55,644 nt of DNA from an uncultured Muribaculaceae bacterium (GTDB taxonomy: Bacteria > Bacillota_I > Bacilli_A > RF39 > UBA660): NCBI GenBank assembly GCA_964609995.1, contig CAZSTI010000001.1:29886-85529 (forward strand). Direction: 5' to 3'. The first letter of the stretch is position 1, and each line of letters opens with the position of its first letter. The notes below the pieces were generated by a model. That model had not been told where the DNA came from. It searched no databases and saw only the letters and a list, made by a program, of their open reading frames with translations. A program made the position numbers and the translations under genes. Below are positions 55,489 through 55,644 of this stretch, piece after piece.

Positions 55489-55518
55489 TTGATTTTTTTA
55501 ATTGTTTAGTGCTATACT
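55489..55518 (+). promoter_or_regulatory. Sigma-A promoter for pilin gene 2 (TTGATT, 18 nt, TGcTATACT)
   Basis: The -10 and leader are an exact copy of those of pilin gene 1, at an offset of 526 nt. Confidence 0.55.
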
Positions 55519-55555
55519 TAAATCATAATAGTTGAGAAGGAGGAAAAATTTAACT

Positions 55556-55644
55556 ATGAAGAAAATAAACAAGAAAGGTTTCACATTAATAGAATTGTTA
55601 GCAGTAATCGTAGTATTAGCAATAATATTAGTAATAGCAGTTCC
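55556..55644 (+). CDS. Second type IV pilin paralog, 3'-truncated by the window edge
   Basis: MKKINKKGFTLIELLAVIVVLAIILVIAV... is almost identical at the nucleotide level to the start of pilin gene 1. Confidence 0.8.
   Translation, partial: MKKINKKGFTLIELLAVIVVLAIILVIAV

Noticed and set aside
1-55644. Possible Mollicutes-type genetic code (TGA = Trp), considered because of the extreme AT content.
   Set aside because: Several conserved genes end at TGA at the expected family length (nrnA at 4209-4211, the giant ORF at 15275-15277, rlmN at 51044-51046, rsgA at 54322-54324). Trp is encoded by TGG throughout.

Overview
This is a very AT-rich chromosomal segment that uses the standard genetic code: TGA is used as a stop and Trp is TGG. 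The host looks like a low-GC Gram-positive (Bacillota-type) organism, based on LtaS-family enzymes, an LCP ligase, a PASTA Ser/Thr kinase, gatCAB and a murG-murB-divIB-ftsA-ftsZ block. No sporulation sigma genes follow ftsZ, so it is probably non-sporulating. The exact taxon cannot be determined from the sequence alone.

I call 41 CDS, two of them cut by the window edges. I see no rRNA or tRNA genes, no CRISPR array, and no transposase, integrase or phage genes.

Housekeeping blocks:
- thiI-ackA-nrnA-engB-der
- hup
- gatCAB
- priA
- rpsB-tsf
- an orphan parC
- murG-murB-divIB-ftsA-ftsZ
- rlmN-PP2C-prkC-rsgA-rpe

Regions worth attention:
1. A 2547-aa protein with the architecture of a cyclic beta-1,2-glucan synthase (GT domain, TM helices, alpha/alpha-barrel region, GH94-like domain). 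It is flanked by a divergent phosphohexomutase gene and a translationally coupled pgi.
2. A ~17.5 kb cell-envelope locus between gatB and priA. It contains:
   - a six-gene plus-strand operon: small membrane protein, dual-SBP/degenerate-GGDEF membrane sensor, YihY, LtaS-like enzyme, small membrane protein, processive GT2 synthase;
   - a convergent four-gene minus-strand operon: SH3b/GH73-like hydrolase ending in a dockerin, membrane-anchored cohesin-like protein, LCP ligase with two PASTA-like C-terminal modules, second LtaS-like enzyme;
   - a divergently transcribed membrane-anchored protein built from about 11 tandem two-cysteine repeats.
3. Ribosomal protein S2 carrying a C-terminal Rho_N/SAP-like helix-extended-helix tail.
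4. Tandem type IV pilin paralogs with a duplicated promoter, 5'UTR and N-terminus at the 3' edge of the window.

All functional calls rest on motif recognition by eye. No database search was run.
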